Positions 1 to 7,775 of a DNA stretch of 64,000 bases are shown here, piece by piece. Positions within the stretch are counted from its first letter, which is position 1. The number at the start of each line of letters is the position of its first letter. The position numbers and the translations under genes were made by a program. The notes beneath the pieces were generated by a model. The model worked only from the letters and a program-made list of their open reading frames with translations, was not told the DNA's origin and did no database searches. Source of the DNA: Candidatus Micrarchaeota archaeon (GTDB taxonomy: Archaea; Micrarchaeota; Micrarchaeia; Anstonellales; Bilamarchaeaceae). The DNA is taken from assembly GCA_043812915.1 (NCBI GenBank), contig JBDRLQ010000007.1, positions 3,502-67,501 on the forward strand, written 5' to 3'.

Positions 1-1
1 C

Positions 2-724
2 CTCGACTGCGATGCAGACTGCCCAAGTTCACATATTATAGCGGGTACGGAATTAAGAGGAAGGGAAGAGATCCGCTCTTTTCTTCCACAATTCATCGAA
101 GAGAAATGCATGCGCTGCGGAAAATGCGTCAATGTGTGTGAATTCAATGCCCTTTATCAGCTAAAAGACAAGGTACCCACGTTAGCCAGTTCCCTGTGCA
201 GCGGATGCGGTGCATGTATGATTGCATGTCCGTGCGGTGCCATTGAAGAATCGAGCAAGGTCATAGGGTGGACATACACGGCAGAGAAATATGGCGTGGA
301 ATTTTTTTCCGGTGAGCTGAAGCCTTCAGAGCCACTGAGCGAGAAGATTGTGGATGCCGTCAAGCAGAGGGGACTGGCAAGGAAGCATGAAATCGTGATT
401 GTGGATACCGCTGCTGGTGCACACTGTCAGGTGGTATGTGCCTTAGAAGACTGTGATAAGGCGGTAGCAGTTACAGAACCGACTTTCTTTGGAGAGCATG
501 ACCTAAAGGTTATCTCAGAGCTCCTGAAAAAGCTTGAAATACCGTATGAAACGGTTGTAAACAGAAGCACCATATCCGACAGGAAAATAGAATCGAGCCT
601 GCAGATTCCTTATGACAGGGCCATGGTTGAATGTTATGTCGAGGGCATTCCAATTGTTGAAAAATTCCCTGAGCACCAGATCTCAAAGAAGATATTCTCG
701 TTTGCGAAGAGGTTGATTGGATGA
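2..724 (+). CDS. MinD/ParA-superfamily P-loop ATPase with inserted double [4Fe-4S] ferredoxin domain (COG1149-like); 5' end outside window
   Basis: The frame is open from nt 2 (LDCDADCPSSHII...). Two full cluster motifs are present (CMRCGKCVNVC and CSGCGACMIACP), followed by a MinD-like C-terminal half (IVIVDTAAGAHC). The stop overlaps the next start (ATGA). Confidence 0.8.
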   Translation, partial: LDCDADCPSSHIIAGTELRGREEIRSFLPQFIEEKCMRCGKCVNVCEFNALYQLKDKVPTLASSLCSGCGACMIACPCGAIEESSKVIGWTYTAEKYGVEFFSGELKPSEPLSEKIVDAVKQRGLARKHEIVIVDTAAGAHCQVVCALEDCDKAVAVTEPTFFGEHDLKVISELLKKLEIPYETVVNRSTISDRKIESSLQIPYDRAMVECYVEGIPIVEKFPEHQISKKIFSFAKRLIG

Positions 725-1596
725 AAGTGGCAATCCTTAGCGGAAAGGGGGGTACTGGAAAATCCTCATTTACATCTTCATTGGCACTTAGCATGTCAAA
801 GAAAAAACTGGTTCTTGTTGATGCTGATGTGGACTGTCCGAATCAGCACATCATGTTTCCAGGAAAAACATTGCGCAGGGAACCGCTGCACGTATCAAAG
901 ACTGCTGTTTTTGATGAGACTAAACACAATGCCTCTTCTCGCTGTGCAGAAGTCTGTCGATTTGGTGCCATAAAGATAGTCGATGGTAAAGCGATTATAG
1001 ATAGGATAAAATGCGAAGGATGCGGTGCCTGCGTTCTTGCATGCCCTGAGGCCATAAAGCTTGTTCCGAAGTTAAGCGGAGAACTGATCGTAAGGGAAAC
1101 ACAGCAGTTTCCGCTTGTTTACGGAAAGCTGGAGCCTGGAGAGTCCGGAAGCGGCAGAGTGGTTTTTGAGGTAAAAAAAGCCGCTGATTCCATCGCAAAG
1201 GAGAAGGGTGCGGAATTGATTCTTGTGGACGCGCCTGCCGGCATCGGTTGTCCTGTGATAGCGGCTGTGATAGGTTGTGATTATGCAGTTGGGGTTGTTG
1301 AGCCCACTCCCGCCAGCATAGCGAACCTCGAAAGGGCTCTTGAGGTAGTCAGGCATTTTAGTATTCCGTTCTCGGTAGTGATAAATAAGGCGGGCATATC
1401 CGAAATATATGAGAAAAAAATCAAGGAATGCTACGGGGACAAAGTGATTGCACTGATACCTTATGACGAAGAGGTTCCCCGTCTGCTTGCCCAGGCAATC
1501 CCACCCATTCGCGGAAACGGAAAGGGAGCTGAGGGGTTCAAAAAAGCTGTTGAGGCCGTTGAAAAAGCTATGGAAACTTTTAGTCGAGCTGATTAG
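721..1596 (+). CDS. MinD/ParA-superfamily P-loop ATPase with ferredoxin insert (COG1149-like)
   Basis: Deviant Walker A ILSGKGGTGKSS. One complete motif CEGCGACVLACP plus a degenerate first motif (CAEVCRFGA). Later LVDAPAGIGCPV. Paralog of the upstream gene. Confidence 0.85.
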   Translation: MKVAILSGKGGTGKSSFTSSLALSMSKKKLVLVDADVDCPNQHIMFPGKTLRREPLHVSKTAVFDETKHNASSRCAEVCRFGAIKIVDGKAIIDRIKCEGCGACVLACPEAIKLVPKLSGELIVRETQQFPLVYGKLEPGESGSGRVVFEVKKAADSIAKEKGAELILVDAPAGIGCPVIAAVIGCDYAVGVVEPTPASIANLERALEVVRHFSIPFSVVINKAGISEIYEKKIKECYGDKVIALIPYDEEVPRLLAQAIPPIRGNGKGAEGFKKAVEAVEKAMETFSRAD

Positions 1597-1618
1597 TTTC
1601 TTCTTGGATTAAAAGGCT

Positions 1619-1744
1619 TCAGCAGTTCTTGCACTCATGTATTCTGTGTTTGGTCCCATCAGGGTGTATGCATTCATCCCCAGAATGTTTGTGGCCCTTG
1701 CACTTTTTGCAATTGCAGTCTTTGCCTTTATGTTTGTGTAGCAT
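1619..1744 (-). CDS. 41-aa Cys/His/Lys-rich small protein (hypothetical; below ORF-track cutoff)
   Basis: Hand translation: MLHKHKGKDCNCKKCKGHKHSGDECIHPDGTKHRIHECKNC* (6 Cys, 7 His). The ATG lies about 26 nt downstream of the centre of a TTTATAAA box, so the transcript could be leaderless. Same strand as the radical SAM gene and 80 nt downstream of it. Confidence 0.45.
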   Translation of the reverse strand: MLHKHKGKDCNCKKCKGHKHSGDECIHPDGTKHRIHECKNC

Positions 1745-1766
1745 GAAGAACCAATGCATAAGGACT

Positions 1767-1774
1767 TTTATAAA
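1767..1774 (-). promoter_or_regulatory. TATA-box-like element TTTATAAA upstream of the small Cys/His ORF
   Basis: Perfect archaeal TATA-like octamer. The distance to ATG(1744) fits transcription starting at or near the start codon. Confidence 0.4.
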
Positions 1775-1824
1775 TCTATTATCAGTCTTGCATCCTTCAG
1801 AGGCAGAAATTTATTGGATAACTC

Positions 1825-2589
1825 TCAGAATTTTTCGCCAGGCCTTCTCGCGGCTGTTTCATGGATGTCCAGGGGCACTACCTGCGGTTTCCTTTTTTTG
1901 TAAACAGAGATGAATGGCAGCCCTTTGAACAAGTCCTCGATTTGGTCTATTTCATCTTCAGATAGGTGGGGGACTGGGGAATGGCGAAGAGGAGTGTCTA
2001 TCTGGACTTCGTCGGGCTTCAGTTCACGTGCAAGTTCTGCCATCTTTCCCGCGGTTTCCTGGTTATCTCTTATAAACATCATCTGCAAAGCAAACTTCCC
2101 CCCGAACTCTTTCCTGAAATCCCTCAATCCATCAAGAACAGTCTCGAAATCGATACCTTCGATTGGTTTGTTTATCTTCTGGAAAAGTCGCTCGTCAGGT
2201 GCATCTAACTTGGCTGAAACGATGTCTGCTCTGCTTAGCTCCCTCCTCACCTCTTTCAAGTGCAATAGGGAAGAATTTGTAAGAACGACGACCGGAAAGC
2301 CAAACGTCTGCGCGAATTCTATCATGTCACCGAGCTTTTGATTGAGGGTCGGTTCACCAGTGCCGGAGAAGGTTATCACTTCGCTAGTGCTTTTATCGAC
2401 CCTCTTAAGCTCTTTACATACCTGTGCATACTCCACGTATTCTTCTCTTTCCATTGTCTTGTTCTTTGTCTTCCCCAACTGGCAGTAAACGCAGTCAAAT
2501 GAACATATCTTCTTCATGCTGCATATGGGATCCACGCCCAGTGATTTGCCAAACCGCCATGATGGGACGGGTCCGTAGACTGTTTTCAT
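1825..2589 (-). CDS. radical SAM enzyme (specific function unassigned)
   Basis: N-terminal YGPVPSWRFGKSLGVDP followed by CSFDCVYCQ (Cx3Cx2C). About 254 aa, with no obvious SPASM/auxiliary cluster extension. Confidence 0.85.
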   Translation of the reverse strand: MKTVYGPVPSWRFGKSLGVDPICSMKKICSFDCVYCQLGKTKNKTMEREEYVEYAQVCKELKRVDKSTSEVITFSGTGEPTLNQKLGDMIEFAQTFGFPVVVLTNSSLLHLKEVRRELSRADIVSAKLDAPDERLFQKINKPIEGIDFETVLDGLRDFRKEFGGKFALQMMFIRDNQETAGKMAELARELKPDEVQIDTPLRHSPVPHLSEDEIDQIEDLFKGLPFISVYKKRKPQVVPLDIHETAARRPGEKF

Positions 2590-2740
2590 GATTTCTCACA
2601 TAGATATTACTCAAAAATAATATAAGTTTTACATGCAAGATATTGTACGAAAGTGCTGGATGTTGCATGTTTGACGACGGTGCCATCCTGAAATCGGCGG
2701 ACATCCCCGAGGCGTGAAAACAGAAGCTTAGCATAGCCAT

Positions 2741-2796
2741 GGGGAGCAGTGGCGCCAGCCACTCAATCCCCTAGGCGTTTGATTTACTATTTTTTT
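2741..2796 (+). terminator. GC-rich 11-bp interrupted hairpin followed by a T7 tract (orientation fits a + strand transcript)
   Basis: GGGGA(2741-2745)/TCCCC(2767-2771) enclose AGTGGC-GCCA-GCCACT, followed by T7 at 2790-2796. There is no annotated + strand gene upstream. Confidence 0.3.
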
Positions 2797-2895
2797 AATA
2801 ACAAATGGATGTACAATTAATTTTCAGGATCCGCAAAATCCTCGGTGTAATGCAGAAGAGACATGATTTGAGCCGTGGGCAGTTCACCCGCTTTC

Positions 2896-4386
2896 TTAAT
2901 CTCCCGGCATACTATCTATCTTGCCGAAATCCCCGTCAAAAAGGAAATCGAAGAAATCGTGCGCCAGCATGCCCACATAGCGCAGCGCGCCCGCATTCTG
3001 GTATTTCCTGTGCATGCTCTTTAGCTCAGGCGGGATGGCCGCCCTTTCCGCATAAACCGTTGCCGCCTCCTTCCTCATGACCGCGAACACCCTCCCATGC
3101 ATGGTCAGTATCCTGGCGCGTATCATGCCTATCAGCTCTTCCACGCCCGGCCTGCCCTGCCCAGGCGCCTCTATGACGGTCATTCCCATGCCGAGCGAGT
3201 CCGCCCCTATCACATAAAGCCCGCTTCTCCTCTCCAGCACGAATGGCAGCGTCTTGTGCTCGTCCGTCTCGAAATGCGTGTTTATGCCGTTCGCCCGGTT
3301 GAGCTCCGTCGCTAGCGCAAGATTGGTCTGGTTCACCCACAGATTGGGGTTGCCGATATGCTCCCGGTTTATCTCCTTGAGGAATTTTCTTAGCTTCGGT
3401 TCGCTCACCCGCATCTCCGCGTTCTTCGCGTACAGGCTCGCATTCCACATGGCTATGGAATCAAACCTCTGGGACAATAGAAGCGCCTCGTCAAGGGACA
3501 ATGCGCATGTTTCCACCGCGCTAAAGAGCCCGACTATAGGTATGGGCAGGTTGGGCGAGTTGAAGTTGACTGGATGGGCGATGCCTAGCGCAAGCTGGTC
3601 TTTCCCCTGCATCCTGAAGAGGATATCCAGCATATCGTACATGCCCATGCCCGAGAAGAAGGAAGCCATGCTATTCGGCACCCTCTTGTAAAGGATGTCT
3701 TCCCTCACCTCCAGCGCAGCTTCAATATTCGCCATCCACAGCAGGATGTGGGGCCCGTTCGGCTCCTTTAGCGGAGCGGTCAATTCCACTGACGGCACCG
3801 CCATCAGCCCGAGCAGGGCCGCGGACTTTGACATCAGGTTGAACATCTGTTTCTCGAAGGAGTTGTGTGTTGTGAGCGCGTAATAGTCGCTATGGTAGAA
3901 CAGGGCTTTCCTCAGGTTGTCTGTCAGGGATGACACGCCGTCGTCGTAGGGCACCAAGCCCTGCATTGCCTGCCTGCTCCCCATGGGCGGCGTAATTGCG
4001 CCGAAATGCGAGTGCGGCACGAAAAAGAAATGATCCGGCTTCTTGTGCATGGCCGCGCCCTTCGCCTGCCAGATCGCCTGTTCGACCTCGCCCCTGGATG
4101 CGTCCTTCTCCAATGTTATTGAGCGTATGAACTGCTCCCTCTTGAGTTCAAGCCCGTTCTGGTCTGGGTCGTAGAAATACAACGTCAGCTTTCCGTCATC
4201 GTGTCTTCTGGCGAGTATGCAGAAGTTCGAGCTTTTCCCGTCCAGCCCGCGGTTGAAAATCAGCTCTGCTCTGGGGTACAATGAGCGGAAGAATGCGCCG
4301 TTGATGTTTTTTCTATGTGCGAGGGGAAAGCCTGCACGCTCCATCCCGGAGACCAGCCTGTCCTCCACTTTTCCTCCTGCTCTCAT
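2896..4386 (-). CDS. hypothetical protein (~496 aa), no family recognised
   Basis: Long ORF. I chose ATG 4386 (MRAGGKVEDRL..., preceded by GGTGAAGAG) because the first 85 codons of the track ORF overlap the znuB-like gene. Confidence 0.6.
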   Translation of the reverse strand: MRAGGKVEDRLVSGMERAGFPLAHRKNINGAFFRSLYPRAELIFNRGLDGKSSNFCILARRHDDGKLTLYFYDPDQNGLELKREQFIRSITLEKDASRGEVEQAIWQAKGAAMHKKPDHFFFVPHSHFGAITPPMGSRQAMQGLVPYDDGVSSLTDNLRKALFYHSDYYALTTHNSFEKQMFNLMSKSAALLGLMAVPSVELTAPLKEPNGPHILLWMANIEAALEVREDILYKRVPNSMASFFSGMGMYDMLDILFRMQGKDQLALGIAHPVNFNSPNLPIPIVGLFSAVETCALSLDEALLLSQRFDSIAMWNASLYAKNAEMRVSEPKLRKFLKEINREHIGNPNLWVNQTNLALATELNRANGINTHFETDEHKTLPFVLERRSGLYVIGADSLGMGMTVIEAPGQGRPGVEELIGMIRARILTMHGRVFAVMRKEAATVYAERAAIPPELKSMHRKYQNAGALRYVGMLAHDFFDFLFDGDFGKIDSMPGD

Positions 4387-4591
4387 CTCTTCACCGTGTT
4401 TTATTATGGCTGATTGTATTTTTAATTGCCAAGGTCCGGGAAAACCCCGGCACAATGCGGAAGAGATACGCCATTGAGCATCAGGACGCAATGCGCAACG
4501 GGGATGCGGGTTCCATTTGCCCAATGTCCGTAGCGATTCTATCGTGAGCCGGACAATGGAGCGGCGTGGCGCCAGAGCGTCATAGGGCCTG

Positions 4592-5392
4592 CTAGCCGGC
4601 CATCTTTCTGAGCAGGTAACTGGTAAGGAAAGCGGCTGCAAGAAGGAGGATTATCGTTGCCCCGGACGGAAGGTCGAAAACATATGAGAGCCACAGCCCC
4701 CCCAAGGTCAGGATGGCGCAGGCAATCACTGAAAAGGCCATCATGCGCCCCAGGCTATTTGTGTGCTGTTTCGCTATGGCAGCTGGCAGCGTGAGCAGGG
4801 CTATTACCAGTATTATGCCAACCACCTTTATCATCACAACAACGCTGAGCGCGACCAGGCACAGCAGGAGGAGGTAAAGCCGCCTGGTCGGAACGCCCGA
4901 AACCTCCGCGAATTCCTCGTCGAAGGACAGCGCTTTCAGCTCCTTGTAAAGGAAAAACGTGAATATTATGATGACCAGGTCCAGAATGCCCATAACTGCA
5001 AGCTCAAGCACGGGCACTGTCAGGATGTTGCCGAACAGGTAGCTGAAAAGGTCCGGCGCGTAGCCCTCGCTAAGGTGTATGAAAAGTATCCCAAGGGCCA
5101 TTCCGACGGCCCAGAATATCCCTATGGAAGTGTCTTCGCTGATTTTGGTTTCCTTTGATACGATTCCCATGCCCAGTGCGGACAGGACGCTCCATGGAAC
5201 GGCGGTAAGAATCGGGTCGGCGTTTATCAGGTATCCAAGCCCGATGCCCCCGAAAGCGGTGTGGGCAATCCCGCCGCTTATCGCGACTATCCTCTTGACC
5301 ACAACGTAGGTGCCGACTATCCCGCAGGCTATGCTCACAAGGAAGGCCGCGGCAAACGCGTTTCTCATGAATTCATACTGCAGGATGTCCAT
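4592..5392 (-). CDS. znuB: metal ABC transporter permease (ABC-3 / ZnuB-MntB-TroC type)
   Basis: [34 protein letters not shown]..., multi-TM. ATG 5392 has GGAGG 10 nt upstream and sits 2 nt after the ATPase stop. Confidence 0.85.
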   Translation of the reverse strand: MDILQYEFMRNAFAAAFLVSIACGIVGTYVVVKRIVAISGGIAHTAFGGIGLGYLINADPILTAVPWSVLSALGMGIVSKETKISEDTSIGIFWAVGMALGILFIHLSEGYAPDLFSYLFGNILTVPVLELAVMGILDLVIIIFTFFLYKELKALSFDEEFAEVSGVPTRRLYLLLLCLVALSVVVMIKVVGIILVIALLTLPAAIAKQHTNSLGRMMAFSVIACAILTLGGLWLSYVFDLPSGATIILLLAAAFLTSYLLRKMAG

Positions 5393-5393
5393 C

Positions 5394-6146
5394 TTAGTCA
5401 TGCCTCCCAAGGACCCTGTGCGGCATGCCGTGCGCAATCAGCTCAATCGGGCACTGGTAGGTTTTCTCGATGAACTTCACGCCTTCCTTTGTTTTGCCGT
5501 GGTAGTAGAGCTTTACGTTGAGGCAGGCGATTTTCTCTATGTAAAATGACGCGGCTGTTATGTCATGCGTGATAATCACAATCGCCATGTCCTGTTTCAG
5601 TTTGTTCAGCAGCTCATAGAAGTTTTTCTGGGCCTCGGGGTCGATGCTCGATAGCGGCTCGTCGAGGAGGAGCAGCTCCGGTTTTTTTACCAGCGCCCTT
5701 GCGACAAGGACCCTTTGCAGCTGCCCTCCGGAAAGCTGGCTTATCTGCCTGTTGGATTGCGGCAGCATGCCCACCTTGTCCAGCGCATCCATGGCATCTT
5801 CCCGGTCCTCTTTGGTAAACCAGCTTCCAAAGCCCCTTTTTCCAAGCCGTCCCATCAGCGTAACCTCAAGCACGGTTATCGGAAAGTCCCTGTTGAAAGT
5901 TGCGACCTGCGGGACATATCCGACTTTGTCCCTTGCCTCCTTGGGGGATTTTCCGAAAACCTTTACCACTCCTTTTGCGGGCTTGAGCAGGCCCAGTATT
6001 ATCCTGAACAGGGTTGTCTTTCCCCCTCCGTTGGGGCCTATGATGCCGACCAGGTCCCTTTTTTCTATCGACAGATTGATATCGTGAAGCGCGGGCTGCT
6101 CATCATAGGAAAAACAGACCCCGCTCATCTCTATGGCATCGGACAT
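5394..6146 (-). CDS. znuC: metal ABC transporter ATP-binding protein
   Basis: Walker [10 protein letters not shown], signature LSGGQLQR, Walker B LLLLDEP. Start [10 protein letters not shown] chosen downstream of the SBP gene stop. Confidence 0.9.
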   Translation of the reverse strand: MSDAIEMSGVCFSYDEQPALHDINLSIEKRDLVGIIGPNGGGKTTLFRIILGLLKPAKGVVKVFGKSPKEARDKVGYVPQVATFNRDFPITVLEVTLMGRLGKRGFGSWFTKEDREDAMDALDKVGMLPQSNRQISQLSGGQLQRVLVARALVKKPELLLLDEPLSSIDPEAQKNFYELLNKLKQDMAIVIITHDITAASFYIEKIACLNVKLYYHGKTKEGVKFIEKTYQCPIELIAHGMPHRVLGRHD

Positions 6147-6183
6147 GGAAATCAAACTCGGTTGGAATAAATAAAAAGGCAGC

Positions 6184-7104
6184 CTATTCCATGGAACTGG
6201 CAAAGGCGTTTGCAATCTGCTGCATGTTGCGCAGGTAATCCTTGTCAAGCGGGTCTATGAGGACAACGCTTCCTCCGATTTGTCCGGCAACCGTCCGCGC
6301 GCTATCAGCGCTGAACTGCGGCGATGCGAAAATGACCTTTATGCCGTGTTCATCCGCCTCGTCTATTATGCGCTGCAGGTTCTGCGCGGTAGGCTCCTTT
6401 CCAGCTTCTTCCATCGCGACCTGCTCCAGGCCGTATTCATGCGCGAAATATCCCCAAGCAGGGTGGAAGACTATGAATTCCCCGTCCGTCTTGTTTTCAA
6501 GCGTAGCCAGTATGGAGGAATCCAGTGCATCGAGCCTGGCCATGTAATAATCGGCGTTCGCCTTGTAGTAGGCAGCGTTTTCAGGGTCTTCCGCAACAAG
6601 GGCTTCATATATGTTCTGAACCATGACAATGGCGTTCTTCGGCGAGTTCCATATATGGGGATCAAGGCCGGTGTGGGCATGCTCCTGCTCTTCCGCCCCC
6701 TGCGCGTCGCCTTCATGCTCATCATGCCCGTTTTCCATCTCGATAAGGGTGATGCCTCTTGAACAATCGATGATTTTCATGGAGGGATTGACGCCCTCTA
6801 TATCCGCCATCCAGGCATTTTCAAATTCCACGCCGGAGCCGACCTTGAAATACAATCCGGCAGCAGCAACTTCCGTAAGCTGGGACGGGGTAGGCTCATA
6901 CGTGTGCGGGCTCGCCCCGGAAGGAATCATCACTATTACATCCACTTTCTCCCCGCCGACGTTTTCAACGAATTCCGCCTGCGGCATGATAGTTACCACC
7001 ACCTTCATCTTTTCCTGCTGCTCCGAAGGTTCTTCATGGCCCGTGCAGCCAGAGAGCATGGAGAGGAGCAGCATTACTGAAAGGAGAGCTATTTTTTCCA
7101 TCAT
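6184..7104 (-). CDS. znuA: metal ABC transporter substrate-binding lipoprotein (TroA/ZnuA-like) with His/Asp/Glu-rich loop
   Basis: Signal peptide plus lipobox LSMLSGC. Metal-ligand contexts SPHTYEP, DPHIW, FHPAWGYF. Acidic/His loop ENGHDEHEGDAQGAEEQEHAH, as seen in ZnuA-type proteins. Confidence 0.85.
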   Translation of the reverse strand: MMEKIALLSVMLLLSMLSGCTGHEEPSEQQEKMKVVVTIMPQAEFVENVGGEKVDVIVMIPSGASPHTYEPTPSQLTEVAAAGLYFKVGSGVEFENAWMADIEGVNPSMKIIDCSRGITLIEMENGHDEHEGDAQGAEEQEHAHTGLDPHIWNSPKNAIVMVQNIYEALVAEDPENAAYYKANADYYMARLDALDSSILATLENKTDGEFIVFHPAWGYFAHEYGLEQVAMEEAGKEPTAQNLQRIIDEADEHGIKVIFASPQFSADSARTVAGQIGGSVVLIDPLDKDYLRNMQQIANAFASSME

Positions 7105-7122
7105 TGTTCACCTGAACCTTTT

Positions 7123-7152
7123 TTGGAAATATAGATTAATAAATTTTTCCAA
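7123..7152. promoter_or_regulatory. Perfect inverted repeat TTGGAAA-N16-TTTCCAA in the znuA / nikR-like divergent intergenic region (candidate operator)
   Basis: Half-sites at 7123-7129 and 7146-7152. The AT-rich spacer (TATAGATTAATAAATT) looks like the TATA region for the znuA-like gene, whose ATG ends at 7104. Confidence 0.5.
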
Positions 7153-7339
7153 CATAATTATTAACTATGGGGAAAGGCAGCGGGAAAATTAATAAGAAAA
7201 GCGCGTTCGCGGGAAATGAATCCCTTGCGATGGGCGCATTATTCGCGCTTGGGCTCTTTGCATGCCCCCGCCCAATGTGCTTAGGAACGGCCGCGGCGCT
7301 CCTGCTAAACGGGATGAGGCAGAAGGCGATGGTGATTTT

Positions 7340-7720
7340 ATGGAAATAATCTCAATCTCAATAGATAAGGGGACTTTGAATGACCTGAATAACACCCAGG
7401 AAAAGCTCGGATTCAAAAGCCGCTCGAAACTGCTAAGGGCTACAATAAGTTCGCTCCTGAACGAATATTCCGTTCTGGACGGGCTATCCGGCCACTGCGA
7501 CGTTGTTTTCACGGTAACCTTCGAGCAGCATAGTGGCGGGGGATTCGGCAGGATTATGAACGAATTCGAGGGGATAATACGGACCGAGATACACCAGCAC
7601 CATGCCAAGACGTGCCTGCGGGTGATTATAGTCTGCGGGGACGCCCGGAAGGTGAGGGATTTTTTCGTCGCACTGAAAAATGAGAAAGGGGCCAAATCGG
7701 TGGCCTACTCGGTTTTATGA
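7340..7720 (+). CDS. nikR: NikR-family (ribbon-helix-helix + ACT-like metal-sensing domain) transcriptional regulator
   Basis: N-terminal RHH MEIISISIDKGTLNDLNNTQEKLGFKSRSKLLRATI. C-terminal FEQH...IHQHHAKTCLRVIIVCGD resembles the NikR His/Cys metal site. SD GGTGAT before ATG 7340. Confidence 0.75.
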   Translation: MEIISISIDKGTLNDLNNTQEKLGFKSRSKLLRATISSLLNEYSVLDGLSGHCDVVFTVTFEQHSGGGFGRIMNEFEGIIRTEIHQHHAKTCLRVIIVCGDARKVRDFFVALKNEKGAKSVAYSVL

Positions 7721-7775
7721 AATCCCGACGGTCCGGAAGCGCTAATTTTAATCCTATCGCGCGGAAATCACGATT

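Noticed and set aside
1629-1913. 94-aa plus-strand ORF between the MinD-like and radical SAM genes
   Set aside because: It overlaps the 3' end of the radical SAM gene and the small Cys/His ORF in antisense. It has no SD, and its composition is C/L/S/F-rich and implausible.
4387-4641. N-terminal 85 codons of the track ORF 2896..4641 (-)
   Set aside because: This part overlaps the 3' end of the znuB-like permease gene on the same strand and has odd composition (R/P/C/W-rich). An internal ATG at 4386 with GGTGAAGAG upstream gives a cleaner start.
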